Of a stretch of 33,474 bases of DNA, positions 23,160 through 32,313 are shown piece after piece (position 1 is the first letter of the stretch; each line of letters begins with the position of its first letter). The stretch comes from an uncultured Candidatus Saccharibacteria bacterium (lineage in GTDB: Bacteria > Patescibacteriota > Minisyncoccia > Phycocordibacterales > UBA918). The stretch lies in NCBI GenBank assembly GCA_964423385.1, contig CAYRER010000009.1, forward strand, positions 1-33,474, written 5' to 3'. The notes under the pieces were generated by a model. The model was not told where the DNA came from and did not search any database. It was given only the letters and a program-made list of their open reading frames with translations. The position numbers and the translations under genes were made by a program.

Positions 23160-25982
23160 ATGGTACGCAAGGTTTCAGTGAAGCCGGTGGGGGGTCGTAC
23201 CAGGGCCCGCCCCGAGGAGGATGTTTCTTTGCCCGTGTCCAGGAAATCAGTCCGGAAGAAGAGAAAGGCGCACAAGAAGACGGGGAGCATCCGGGCCCGT
23301 CACGTTCCGGACACGAAACGAGTAAAAATCTGCATCACCGACAATACGAAGAAGTGTCCTCCGCTGGCACCGGACGCAAAGGTTATCGTCCGTTCGAACC
23401 TCGCGCTCGCGCTCCTCTCGCCGTTCCGATTCCCCATGCTGCGCGAGGAGCGGTTCATCGCGGGTACTGCGCGGTACGCCGGCGTCTTCTTCGTGCTTGT
23501 CGGCGGTTTTTTTTCACTCCTCAACCTCGAGTACGCGAGCGGAACGATTGCCGGCCTCGTCGGCATCCCGCACCAGGCGCAGGTTATCGATGGAGCAGGC
23601 GGAACTGCGCTTACGACGACAACTTCGGGTTCAGGAGATGCGACGGCGTACACGATTAGCCCGAACTACACGATGACCTCTGCATCAAACCCGACCCCGG
23701 ACGTCCGCATCGCTGTTGAGGGACAGGGGACACTACTCGTTAGTATGGCCATCGTTATGGTGAATGTCCCCGATGCCAGCGAGGTGAAGCTCCTCGCTGA
23801 GCGTAAATACGACGGCGCGGTCGTCTCGCTCGGCGCGGCGTTCAAGATTGACCCCTCGACGTGGCGGTTCTACTGGGATACGAAGCAGTATCCGGATGGC
23901 GAGTACCGTCTCCGTGCGGTGGTGCGCAATCAGCACGGCTCCTACGAGCGGAGTGACACGCTCTGGCGCATGGTGGACAACGTTCCAGAAACCGGCTCAA
24001 ATCAGGTTGCTGGAGGAACGTCAGGAGAGACAGCATTACTCACTGCTCCCGACGATGCCGAGGAGGCACCCGTTCTCGCGACGACAACAAATTCGGGAGT
24101 ATCCACAAGTACCAGCGAGACGGCTGCAACGACAACGGCGATAGCGAGCGCGACGCTCAAGGTCTTCGGTTCGTTCCCTCTCTCGGGAGATGTGCCGATG
24201 GAGGTTACCGCCCCGAATGCGACCGAGGTGAAAATACACGCGCGCCACACGGGAACCGGTGCGCTCTACTACGCCGGGTCGGCGACCAAAAACAGGAGCG
24301 GGGTATGGACACTCCGATGGGATAGCAGGAAGGTGCCGGACGGAACGTACGCTTTTCGGGCGCGCATCCTCACGGCGGGAGGCACGGGGGTTGAGAGTCC
24401 GATTGTTGAGCGTACGGTGAAGAACGGAATAGTGACGCAGGTCATTGTGAGTTCAACGACGGCACACGTGACCGAAACGACCACTGCCGCCGGCCAGACG
24501 CCCACGACGACGGCGGCGACGTTTGTACCTACGATTGAGGTGCGCGTCACGAAGCAGAGTCCGGTTTCCGGCTTCACCGATGTTCTCGTAAAGACGTCTC
24601 CGGTCATGTGGGCGGAGCTCTATGCGGTCCCGAAGGGGTCGCTCACCCCCCGGTTTCTCGGCCTCGCACAAAAAGTGTCTGATAGGGATTGGGTCTACAC
24701 CTGGCAGACAACTCAGTCTCCGAACGGTAACTACGAGCTCTACGCGCGCGTAAAGACTGAGTACGGGTTCACCGAGGGGAAGCGGATGCCGGTCACAGTC
24801 CTCAATGAGGTCGTCGCACAGTTTACAGAAGACGAGGAGGAAGCCATCGGGGTACTCCAGAGTGCGGGAGATGAGCTCATCACGGTCACCGAAGAGACTC
24901 CGGAGGAGACAGAAAAGTCAGAGGCGCTTTCAGGCGACGCGGCCAAGGTCGTATACGTTGAGCCGGTAGCGACGTTCATCGCGCAGGTTGAGGCCCCCGA
25001 GGAAGAAGTTGAGAAAATCGAGTCGGTGCTCACCGAATTCCGAAAGCGTCTCAACGCCGAGCTCAATAACCTCGCCCGAGCTGAGCGGGAGGAGAATGAA
25101 GACGAACTCCGGCGGGTGAAGGAAAGCATCGAAGACCTCCGCGCCGACGTCATCCGCAATCTTCGTACCGAAGTTGACCGGAGAGAAATTCTCGATCGCA
25201 TCGACGGCTACCTCGCACAGGTGGTGAACGACCTCAAGGAAATTACCCTCAAGAATGAAGCAATACTCAGGGAGCGCGTCGGTGAGGCAATCGAAAAGGA
25301 TTCAGACAAGGACGGCATTACCGACTACGATGAGGTAAACCTCTACCGGACGAATCCGTTCGCCGCAGACACCGACGGCGACAGCTACATCGACAGCGTT
25401 GAAATCAAGCTCGGGTACGACCCCGTGAGCGCAAAGAACGAAACACTGTCCACGTACGAATCGCCGAAAGAGGTCGGTATCATCCGCGATGACATCCTCG
25501 TCGTCGACGCGGTGACGACGCTTACACCGACCGAGGCCGAGGAAACGGGTGAAGCACCAGCTGGGCCGCCACGCGCGCTCATTTCCGGGAAGGGACTCCC
25601 GAACAGCTTTGTGACGCTCTACATTTTCAGCACGCCGATTGTCGTCACCGTGAAGACCGATGCCGAGGGTGCGTGGTCGTACGTGTTCGACAAAGAGCTC
25701 GACGAGGGCGAGCACGAGGTGTACGTCGGCATCACCGACAACGCGGGACGCATTGTTGCAAAGAGCTCGCCGCTCCCGTTCGTAAAGACCGCGGTCGCAT
25801 TCACCGAGGCGGAGGCCGTGGCGGTGCCGGTTGAGGCGTCCCCCGAACCGTCGCTCATCGACGAGCGGATGCTCCTCCTCGTCGCCTCAATCGCCATCGC
25901 GGGGCTCGGCCTCGTCCTCATTCTCCTCGGTCTCCATGTCCGGGGCAGACAGGAACCGGGAGCAGTCATTCAGACCGCATGA
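23160..25982 (+). CDS. Large doubly membrane-anchored surface protein with Ig-like repeats, a coiled coil and thrombospondin type-3-like Ca-binding repeats
   Basis: 940-aa ORF. A basic N-terminal segment is followed by TM YAGVFFVLVGGFFSLL. Four Ig-like modules are marked by WRFYWDTKQYPDGEYRLRA (23862), WTLRWDSRKVPDGTYAFRA (24306), WVYTWQTTQSPNGNYELYA (24690) and WSYVFDKELDEGEHEVYV (25674). A charged coiled-coil region spans ~24912..25290. The Ca-binding repeats read DSDKDGITDYDE...DTDGDSYIDSVE (25299..25424). The C-terminal TM is LLLVASIAIAGLGLVLILLGL. ATG 23436 is an alternative start. Confidence 0.8.
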   Translation: MVRKVSVKPVGGRTRARPEEDVSLPVSRKSVRKKRKAHKKTGSIRARHVPDTKRVKICITDNTKKCPPLAPDAKVIVRSNLALALLSPFRFPMLREERFIAGTARYAGVFFVLVGGFFSLLNLEYASGTIAGLVGIPHQAQVIDGAGGTALTTTTSGSGDATAYTISPNYTMTSASNPTPDVRIAVEGQGTLLVSMAIVMVNVPDASEVKLLAERKYDGAVVSLGAAFKIDPSTWRFYWDTKQYPDGEYRLRAVVRNQHGSYERSDTLWRMVDNVPETGSNQVAGGTSGETALLTAPDDAEEAPVLATTTNSGVSTSTSETAATTTAIASATLKVFGSFPLSGDVPMEVTAPNATEVKIHARHTGTGALYYAGSATKNRSGVWTLRWDSRKVPDGTYAFRARILTAGGTGVESPIVERTVKNGIVTQVIVSSTTAHVTETTTAAGQTPTTTAATFVPTIEVRVTKQSPVSGFTDVLVKTSPVMWAELYAVPKGSLTPRFLGLAQKVSDRDWVYTWQTTQSPNGNYELYARVKTEYGFTEGKRMPVTVLNEVVAQFTEDEEEAIGVLQSAGDELITVTEETPEETEKSEALSGDAAKVVYVEPVATFIAQVEAPEEEVEKIESVLTEFRKRLNAELNNLARAEREENEDELRRVKESIEDLRADVIRNLRTEVDRREILDRIDGYLAQVVNDLKEITLKNEAILRERVGEAIEKDSDKDGITDYDEVNLYRTNPFAADTDGDSYIDSVEIKLGYDPVSAKNETLSTYESPKEVGIIRDDILVVDAVTTLTPTEAEETGEAPAGPPRALISGKGLPNSFVTLYIFSTPIVVTVKTDAEGAWSYVFDKELDEGEHEVYVGITDNAGRIVAKSSPLPFVKTAVAFTEAEAVAVPVEASPEPSLIDERMLLLVASIAIAGLGLVLILLGLHVRGRQEPGAVIQTA

Positions 25983-27316
25983 TTGATTTCATCACAGTGT
26001 CGTTCCTCAACGGGTACGCGTACGTGAAGAAGCACCCGGACCTCTTCGTGACGCTCCTCCTCATCATCGTCATTCCCGCGGGATTTCTCCTCTCCGGTCA
26101 GCAGTTTCTCACCGCCGCGAAGGATAACCAGGAGCGTCTCGAGAAGGAGCGCATCGGTATGCTCCACGACGTCTTCGCATCGTTTCTCCGCGCCGCGGAG
26201 TACGACCCGGCAGTCGTGCAGGCGGAAATTGGAGAACTCACTGGTCTCAATCCCGACATTACCGCGATGCAGGTGGGAGAGGAAGTGCCCGAAGGTATCC
26301 GTATCATTGCAGCGCTCAATCAGGGCGAGGTCGGGACATTCGCTGAAAACCCGACCGCGTTCCGCATCGCAAACACCCACCCGGACGAATCGCTCATTGT
26401 GCCCTACGTGCGGGACGGTACGCGCTACTGGCAGAGCTACCGGCTCCTCCGCGACCAGGCGGGTGCGGAGCGCTACATCTTCGTCGAGACATCGCTCGCA
26501 CACATTGATGCGCTCTTTGCCTCGCGCGTGGTGACCGCCTACTACTGGCTCTTCGGCATCCTCGCGATTGTCCTCCTCCTCGTATTTCGGCACGTGCGCC
26601 TCATCGACTACGGCTACCTCTACCGCGAGACGAAGCGCGCAAACGAGATGCAGGACCTCTTCACCAACATGATGGCGCACGAGCTCCGCGCCCCGCTCAC
26701 GGCGGTCAGGGGGTACGCGAGCATGATTGAGGAGGATGGAGGGACTCCCGAGGAGTCCAAGAAACAAGCATGGAAAATTCGCGATGCCGCCGAGCGGCTC
26801 CTCCTCATCGTGAACGACCTCCTCGACGTCGCGCGCATCCGCGGAGGGAAGCTTACCGTGAAGAACGAACGGACGAACGTGAAGGACGTTATCCTCTCGG
26901 TCATCGACGCGATGCAAGCGCCGGCCCGCGAGAAACACATTGAGCTTGCGTCCGAGGGTGTGCTTCCCGACGCGTGGGTTTCAATTGACGGCCGGCGATT
27001 CCACCAGGCGCTCACCAATCTCGTCTCGAACGCCATCAAGTATACGAAGGCGGGGCAGATTACCCTCGTGCTCGAGGAGCGCCGCGACCGCATCGAAGTC
27101 CGCGTGAAGGATACGGGCATGGGCATCAGCGCCGAGGACCAGAAGAACCTCTTCGCGCCGTTCTTCCGCGTCGAGAGCGAGGAGGTCGACCGCATCGTCG
27201 GCACGGGCTTAGGCATGTGGATTACGAAACAGCTCATCGAGCTCATGAAGGGCTCCATTGCGGTCGAGTCCATCCGTGGCGTCGGCACGCACGTCGTCGT
27301 CACATTCCCGAAGTAA
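25979..27316 (+). CDS. Sensor histidine kinase (two TM helices, periplasmic-type sensor loop, HisKA + HATPase_c)
   Basis: 445-aa ORF whose start overlaps the upstream stop (ATGA at 25979..25982). H-box is [17 protein letters not shown]-box is [13 protein letters not shown]1 is VKDTGMGI, F is LFAPFFR, and G2 is GTGLGMWI. No response-regulator gene is present anywhere in the window. Confidence 0.9.
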   Translation: MIDFITVSFLNGYAYVKKHPDLFVTLLLIIVIPAGFLLSGQQFLTAAKDNQERLEKERIGMLHDVFASFLRAAEYDPAVVQAEIGELTGLNPDITAMQVGEEVPEGIRIIAALNQGEVGTFAENPTAFRIANTHPDESLIVPYVRDGTRYWQSYRLLRDQAGAERYIFVETSLAHIDALFASRVVTAYYWLFGILAIVLLLVFRHVRLIDYGYLYRETKRANEMQDLFTNMMAHELRAPLTAVRGYASMIEEDGGTPEESKKQAWKIRDAAERLLLIVNDLLDVARIRGGKLTVKNERTNVKDVILSVIDAMQAPAREKHIELASEGVLPDAWVSIDGRRFHQALTNLVSNAIKYTKAGQITLVLEERRDRIEVRVKDTGMGISAEDQKNLFAPFFRVESEEVDRIVGTGLGMWITKQLIELMKGSIAVESIRGVGTHVVVTFPK

Positions 27317-27335
27317 TTTTCACCGGGAAGTTTTT
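27305..27335 (+). terminator. Weak candidate intrinsic terminator overlapping the kinase stop codon
   Basis: 6-bp stem: TTCCCG (27305..27310) pairs with CGGGAA (27324..27329). The loop is 13 nt, followed by GTTTTT. The short stem and large loop make this tentative. Confidence 0.3.
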
Positions 27336-27337
27336 CC

Positions 27338-27345
27338 TGTATACT
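27338..27345 (+). promoter_or_regulatory. Extended -10-like box TGTATACT upstream of uvrA
   Basis: TGTATACT at 27338..27345, 45 nt upstream of ATG 27391. A second, weaker TGgTAGGTA element at 27373..27381 lies 9 nt from the ATG. Confidence 0.4.
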
Positions 27346-27390
27346 GGGCCACTGTAATACCATGCGCCAACATGGTAGGTACTCTCGTGA

Positions 27391-30033
27391 ATGCATATGA
27401 GTTCAAAAAACCCCAAAAAAACCAATACAGAGAGCCACAAAAACGAAGAAATCATCATTCGTGGTGCCCGGACGCACAACCTGAAGAACATCGACCTCAC
27501 GATGCCGCGGAACAAGATGATTGTCTTCACCGGCCTTTCAGGGTCGGGGAAGTCGTCTCTCGCGTTCGATACCATCTTTGCCGAGGGCCAGCGCCGGTAC
27601 GTCGAGTCCCTCTCCTCGTACGCCCGGCAGTTCCTCCGGCAGATGCAGAAGCCGGATGTCGATGAAATCTCCGGTCTCTCGCCCGCCATCTCCATCGACC
27701 AGAAGTCGGCGTCGCGGAATCCGCGCTCGACGGTCGCGACCATCACCGAAATCTACGACTACCTCCGCATCCTCTACGCGCGCGTCGGCCAGCCGTACTG
27801 CCTCGACGTCGACGTGCCGATTCAGAAGCTCTCGCAGGATGAAATCCTCGGCATCATCGCGAAGTCTATCGAAGAGCGCGAAATCAAGCGCGTGAAGAGT
27901 GCCGACACGAAGAACGTGCTCGGCGTCGAAGTGAGCTCGGCACGTGTCGCCATTTTCTCGCCGGTCGTCGTCGGACGGAAGGGCGAGTACTACCAGCTCC
28001 TCTACGACCTCCTCGGCAAGGGATACGAAACAGTCCGCATCGACGGTGAGATTAAACAGCTTCGTGAAAAGATTGTCCTCACGAAGACGAAGCGGCACGA
28101 CATTGACGTGCTCATCGACGAAATCTACGTGAGCGAGTTCCGCGACTCGCCGAAGAACGCGCGCGAACGTCTCTCGGAGGCAGTCGAGCTCGCCCTCAAG
28201 GAATCAAACGGGCTCGTAAAGGTACGGACCCCCGACGGGGATGAGCGTATGCTCTCTGCGAAGTTCATCTGCCCGGTCGATGGCTCATCGTTCCCGGAGG
28301 TTGAGCCGCGTCTCTTCTCGTTCAACTCGCCGTACGGTGCGTGCCCGGCATGTAACGGCCTCGGAACAACGGGCATTTTCAATACTGACGAGTGCGAGTC
28401 CTGCCATGGCGCCCGGCTCCGCCCGGAGGCCTTGCGTGTTTACCTGGGCGGCGACGGAAAGAAGAATCTCGGCAAAAACATCGTCGACTTCACGAATATG
28501 ACCATCGGCGAAGCGGCGGAGTTCATCGCCGGCCTCAAGCTCTCAAAGAAGGACCAGGACATTGCGTGGCCGGCCTTGCGGGAAATCATCGAGCGCCTCG
28601 ACTTCATGATTAACGTCGGCATCGAGTACCTGACCCTCAACCGACGGGCAAACACGCTTTCGGGCGGTGAGGCCCAGCGTATCCGGCTCGCATCCCAGCT
28701 CGGGAGCGGTCTCGTCGGCGCGATGTACGTTCTCGATGAGCCGACCATCGGCCTCCATCAGCGCGACAACGACCGTCTCGTGAAGACGCTCACGAATCTC
28801 CGCGACCTCGGCAACACCATCCTCGTCGTCGAGCACGACGAGGACACCATCTTCGCCTCGGACTACATCGTCGACATCGGGCCGGGCGCGGGCGTCCACG
28901 GCGGCGAGGTCGTTGTTGCAGGATACCTCGATACGCTCCTCAAAGCACCGAAGAACCCTTCGGGCTCGCTCACACTCGACTACCTCCGTGGCACGAAGCA
29001 GATTGAGGTGCCGCCGGTGCGCCGTGAGAGCGAAAAGGGGTCGCTCAAGGTGCGGGGCGGGAAGGCGTTCAACATCAAGAACCTCAACGTCGACGTGCCT
29101 TTGGGGCGCCTCGTCGGGGTGACCGGCGTCTCCGGATCGGGAAAGTCGACATTTATGTACGAGATTCTCCACCGGAACCTCCGTTCCCGCCTTGATAAGA
29201 AGTACCGGACCCCGCACACGTACAATGCGGCGAGTTTCGCGGGTACCGAGTACCTCGGCCGCTCCATCCTCATCGACCAGTCGCCCATCGGCCGGACTCC
29301 GCGCTCAAACCCGGCGACGTACACGGGCGCGTTTACCTTCATCCGCGATGTCTTCGCGTCCTCGAGCGAGGCGCGCGCCCGCGGGTGGAAGTCGAGCCGG
29401 TTCTCGTTCAACGTGAAGGGCGGTCGGTGTGAGGCGTGTCAGGGGAACGGCGAGATTGCCGTCGAGATGCACTTCCTTCCGACGGTGTTCGTCACGTGCG
29501 ATGTTTGCGACGGCAAGCGCTTCACGAAGGAGACCCTCGAGGTCCGCTACAAGGGAAAGAACATTGACGATGTGCTCCATATGACGATTGAGGAAGCGCA
29601 GGAATTTTTCAATGACATTCCGGCGATTCAGGAACGCCTCCGTTCGCTCCTCGATGTGGGCTTGGGATACCTCGAGCTCGGGCAGAGCGCGACGACGCTC
29701 TCGGGCGGCGAGGCCCAGCGTGTGAAGATTGCGTCTGAACTCTACCGGCCCCATACGCAGAAGACCATCTACCTCCTCGACGAGCCGACCATCGGCCTCC
29801 ACTATGAGGATGTGAAGAAGCTCATTGAGATTCTTCAGGAGCTCGTGAACCGCGGAAATACCGTTGTCGTCATCGAGCACAACCTCGACTTCGTGAAGTC
29901 GTGTGATTACCTCATCGACATCGGCCCCGAGGGGGGCGATAAGGGCGGGGAGGTTGTCGCGAAGGGAACGCCCGAAGAGGTTGCGCGAAACCCGAAGTCG
30001 CACACCGGCCACTACCTCAAGCGAATGCTCTAG
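27391..30033 (+). CDS. uvrA: Excinuclease ABC subunit A
   Basis: 880-aa ORF. Two ABC ATPase modules are present ([12 protein letters not shown]; [11 protein letters not shown]; signature LSGGEAQR twice). Zinc-module cysteines are present (CPVDG...CPACNGLG; CEACQGNG...CDVCDGKR). Confidence 0.95.
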   Translation: MHMSSKNPKKTNTESHKNEEIIIRGARTHNLKNIDLTMPRNKMIVFTGLSGSGKSSLAFDTIFAEGQRRYVESLSSYARQFLRQMQKPDVDEISGLSPAISIDQKSASRNPRSTVATITEIYDYLRILYARVGQPYCLDVDVPIQKLSQDEILGIIAKSIEEREIKRVKSADTKNVLGVEVSSARVAIFSPVVVGRKGEYYQLLYDLLGKGYETVRIDGEIKQLREKIVLTKTKRHDIDVLIDEIYVSEFRDSPKNARERLSEAVELALKESNGLVKVRTPDGDERMLSAKFICPVDGSSFPEVEPRLFSFNSPYGACPACNGLGTTGIFNTDECESCHGARLRPEALRVYLGGDGKKNLGKNIVDFTNMTIGEAAEFIAGLKLSKKDQDIAWPALREIIERLDFMINVGIEYLTLNRRANTLSGGEAQRIRLASQLGSGLVGAMYVLDEPTIGLHQRDNDRLVKTLTNLRDLGNTILVVEHDEDTIFASDYIVDIGPGAGVHGGEVVVAGYLDTLLKAPKNPSGSLTLDYLRGTKQIEVPPVRRESEKGSLKVRGGKAFNIKNLNVDVPLGRLVGVTGVSGSGKSTFMYEILHRNLRSRLDKKYRTPHTYNAASFAGTEYLGRSILIDQSPIGRTPRSNPATYTGAFTFIRDVFASSSEARARGWKSSRFSFNVKGGRCEACQGNGEIAVEMHFLPTVFVTCDVCDGKRFTKETLEVRYKGKNIDDVLHMTIEEAQEFFNDIPAIQERLRSLLDVGLGYLELGQSATTLSGGEAQRVKIASELYRPHTQKTIYLLDEPTIGLHYEDVKKLIEILQELVNRGNTVVVIEHNLDFVKSCDYLIDIGPEGGDKGGEVVAKGTPEEVARNPKSHTGHYLKRML

Positions 30034-30036
30034 AGT

Positions 30037-31269
30037 ATGGATACGCTCGGCAAAAAACAGGCGAAGCTCCCCGACGCGCCCGGGGTGTACTTTTTCATAG
30101 GGAAGCGGAAGGAAGTCCTGTACATCGGCCGGGCGACGTCGCTTGCCCGCCGCGTGCCGAGCTACTTCGCGAGAGACCTTCGGGAGAAGCGGAGCCCGCT
30201 CATCGAGAAGATGGTCGCCGAGGCGAAGGCGGTCGAGTGGCTCACGACCGACTCCGTCCTCGAGGCGGTACTCCTCGAGGTGCGCCTCATCCGGACGCAC
30301 AAGCCCCCGTACAACACCATCTCGAAGGACGACAAGAGCTACAACCACGTCGTCATCACCGACGAGGAGTTTCCGCGCGTCCTCGTCCTCCGCGCCAAGG
30401 ACCTCCGCGACGCCCGCGCGGACGTGCGGTACCGGAAGGTGTACGGCCCGTTCACCTCGGGGAAGCTCCTCCGCGATGCACTCAAAATCATCCAGCGCAT
30501 CTTCCGGTTCTACGACGTACGGACGCCGCTCTCGGGGAGGGTGGGAAAGGTCACGCGCGGTGTCCTCAACTTCAACCGGCAAATCGGCCTCTACCCGGAC
30601 ACGCTCTCAAAACGTGAATACGCGCGCACTATACGGCACCTCGAGCTCTTCTTCGAGGGTAAGAAGGAGAAGGTTATTGCCGAGCTCACGAAGGAGATGA
30701 TGCGCTCCGCGAAGCGTGAGGAGTTCGAGGAGGCGAACCGCCTGAAGCAGAAGGTTCTTGCGCTCAAGCACATCCAGGACATCGCGCTCGTCCGGGATGA
30801 CCTCCGTACACACCGTGACGACCGGCGCATTCGCATCGAGGCGTACGACGTCGCACACCTCAGCGGTACGAATATGGTCGGCGTCATGACCGTCGTCGAG
30901 AATGGAACGCCAGACTCGAGCGCGTACCGGACGTTCACCGTGCGCTCGCTCTCCGGCGCAAACGACCCGGCGGCGCTCCGCGAGGTGCTCGAGCGGCGCA
31001 TGGCGCACCCCGAGTGGCCGTACCCCGACCTCATCGTCGTTGACGGCAACAGCGTCCAGAAGCGGGTCGCCGAGCGCGCCGTGAAGTCCGCGGAGCTCTT
31101 CATTCCCGTCGTCGCCGTCGTGAAGGACGAGCGGCACCGCCCGCGCGAAATCCTCGGCACCTCGAAGCTCATCGGAGAGCACGAGACCGCGATTCTCCTT
31201 TCAAATGCCGAAGCGCACCGCTTTGCCGTCGCCTTCCACCGAAAAAAGCGGAACACACTCCCGCGCTGA
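30037..31269 (+). CDS. uvrC: Compact excinuclease ABC subunit C (GIY-YIG + UVR + RNase H-like endonuclease domain, no (HhH)2 tail)
   Basis: 410-aa ORF, 3 nt after the uvrA stop. GIY-YIG is GVYFFIGKRKEVLYIGRATSLARRV. The UVR motif is EEFEEANRLKQKVLALKHI. The endonuclease region reads RIEAYDVAHLSGTNMVGVMTVVENGTPDSSAYRTF...PDLIVVDGNSVQ...AEAHRFAVAFHRKKR. The protein ends right after this block. Confidence 0.9.
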   Translation: MDTLGKKQAKLPDAPGVYFFIGKRKEVLYIGRATSLARRVPSYFARDLREKRSPLIEKMVAEAKAVEWLTTDSVLEAVLLEVRLIRTHKPPYNTISKDDKSYNHVVITDEEFPRVLVLRAKDLRDARADVRYRKVYGPFTSGKLLRDALKIIQRIFRFYDVRTPLSGRVGKVTRGVLNFNRQIGLYPDTLSKREYARTIRHLELFFEGKKEKVIAELTKEMMRSAKREEFEEANRLKQKVLALKHIQDIALVRDDLRTHRDDRRIRIEAYDVAHLSGTNMVGVMTVVENGTPDSSAYRTFTVRSLSGANDPAALREVLERRMAHPEWPYPDLIVVDGNSVQKRVAERAVKSAELFIPVVAVVKDERHRPREILGTSKLIGEHETAILLSNAEAHRFAVAFHRKKRNTLPR

Positions 31270-31271
31270 AG

Positions 31272-31300
31272 CACTCCGGAACCGCGGGGTGTTTTTCTTT
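31272..31300 (+). terminator. Rho-independent terminator after uvrC
   Basis: 7-bp stem: CACTCCG (31272..31278) pairs with CGGGGTG (31285..31291), including one G-U pair. The loop is GAACCG, followed by TTTTTCTTT. Confidence 0.6.
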
Positions 31301-31312
31301 GTTAGAGAAGAT

Positions 31313-31372
31313 ATGAAAATTGGCTTCATAGGGCAAGGTGAGACAGTCCGGGGGACTGTCGCAAGACCTTGA
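31313..31372 (+). pseudogene. Relic 5' fragment of a Rossmann-fold dehydrogenase gene (19-codon ORF MKIGFIGQGETVRGTVARP)
   Basis: The first 9 codons (MKIGFIGQG) parallel the start of the downstream gene at 31436 (MNIGFIGQG). All 7 nucleotide differences in these 27 nt fall at third codon positions. The frame then diverges and stops at 31370..31372. An 8-bp hairpin, GACAGTCC-ggg-GGACTGTC, lies at 31342..31360. Confidence 0.35.
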
Positions 31373-31421
31373 GCAGTTGCTGCGAAAAGTGTACAGCGTC
31401 TGTAAGACGGGAAGCGAAGTC

Positions 31422-31427
31422 TAAGAT
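31422..31427 (+). promoter_or_regulatory. -10-like hexamer TAAGAT, candidate leaderless promoter
   Basis: TAAGAT at 31422..31427, 8 nt upstream of ATG 31436, with no SD. Confidence 0.3.
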
Positions 31428-31435
31428 ATTGAAAT

Positions 31436-32281
31436 ATGAACATTGGATTTATCGGACAGGGCTGGATCGGTCGCAACTACGCAAACGACTTCGAAGCTCG
31501 CGGGTACACGGTCACGCGCTACTCCCTCGAGCCGGAGTACGTGATGAACAAAGAGCTCATCAAAACCTGCGACATCGTCTTCATTGCGGTGCCGACGCCG
31601 ACGACGCCCGAGGGGTTTGATTTCAGCGCGGTGTCGGATGCGCTCGCCCTCGTCGGGAAGGGGAAGACCGCGGTCGTGAAGTCGACGCTCCTCCCCGGTA
31701 CGACCGAGAAGCTCCAGGAGGCGTTCCCCGAGTTGTACGTCCTCTGTAGTCCCGAATTCCTCGTCGAGAAGACCGCCGCGCATGACGCCGCGCACCCGAA
31801 CCGGAATATCATCGGGATTCCTAAAGATACCGAGGAGCACCGCGTCCGGGCGCGGGCGGTCCTCGAGGTTCTCCCGCGGGCGCCATACGAGACCATCGTG
31901 CGCTCGCGTGATGCAGAGTTCGTGAAGTACGCAGGAAACTGCTTCCTCTTCACCAAGGTTATTTTTATGAACATCTTCTACGACCTCGTCCACGAGATGG
32001 GGGGCGGCTGGGACCGCGTCCGCGAAGCTCTCGTCCACGATCCCAGGATCGGTGAGAGCCACACGAATCCGGTCCACCAACAGGGACGTGGAGCCGGCGG
32101 ACACTGCTTCATCAAGGACTTCGAGGCGTTCCGGAAGCTCTATGAGAAAGAGGTCGGCGACCGGGAGGGGGCTGCAGTTGTCTCGACGCTCGCAGAAAAG
32201 AACATCGCCCTCCTCACGGGGAGTGGCAAGGACCTCGACCTCCTCAGGGGCGTCTACGGTGATGCACGCATTCCGCAGTAG
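31436..32281 (+). CDS. Short UDP-glucose/GDP-mannose dehydrogenase family protein (NAD-binding + central domain only)
   Basis: 281-aa ORF. Rossmann motif is IGFIGQGWIGRN. Other motifs: AVPTPT, SPEFLVEKTAAHDAAHPNRNIIG, and the catalytic-Cys context GAGGHCFIKD. It ends where full-length family members continue into a C-terminal UDP-sugar-binding domain. Confidence 0.75.
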   Translation: MNIGFIGQGWIGRNYANDFEARGYTVTRYSLEPEYVMNKELIKTCDIVFIAVPTPTTPEGFDFSAVSDALALVGKGKTAVVKSTLLPGTTEKLQEAFPELYVLCSPEFLVEKTAAHDAAHPNRNIIGIPKDTEEHRVRARAVLEVLPRAPYETIVRSRDAEFVKYAGNCFLFTKVIFMNIFYDLVHEMGGGWDRVREALVHDPRIGESHTNPVHQQGRGAGGHCFIKDFEAFRKLYEKEVGDREGAAVVSTLAEKNIALLTGSGKDLDLLRGVYGDARIPQ

Positions 32282-32296
32282 GCGGCGCAGCGTGCG

Positions 32297-32305
32297 TGGT
32301 ACAAT
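32297..32305 (+). promoter_or_regulatory. Extended -10-like box TGGTACAAT, candidate leaderless promoter for ddl
   Basis: TGGTACAAT at 32297..32305. 8 nt separate it from ATG 32314, with no SD. Confidence 0.45.
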
Positions 32306-32313
32306 GTCCGCGT

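Noticed and set aside
25970-26938. 322-aa minus-strand ORF.
   Set aside because: It is antisense to the histidine-kinase gene, whose H, N, G1, F and G2 boxes are all intact on the + strand. The minus-strand translation has no recognisable motifs.
29305-30582. 425-aa minus-strand ORF spanning the uvrA/uvrC junction.
   Set aside because: It lies directly antisense to two unambiguous, motif-rich genes. It also crosses their intergenic junction. Its composition (R/E/V/L-rich) is typical of a mirror frame.
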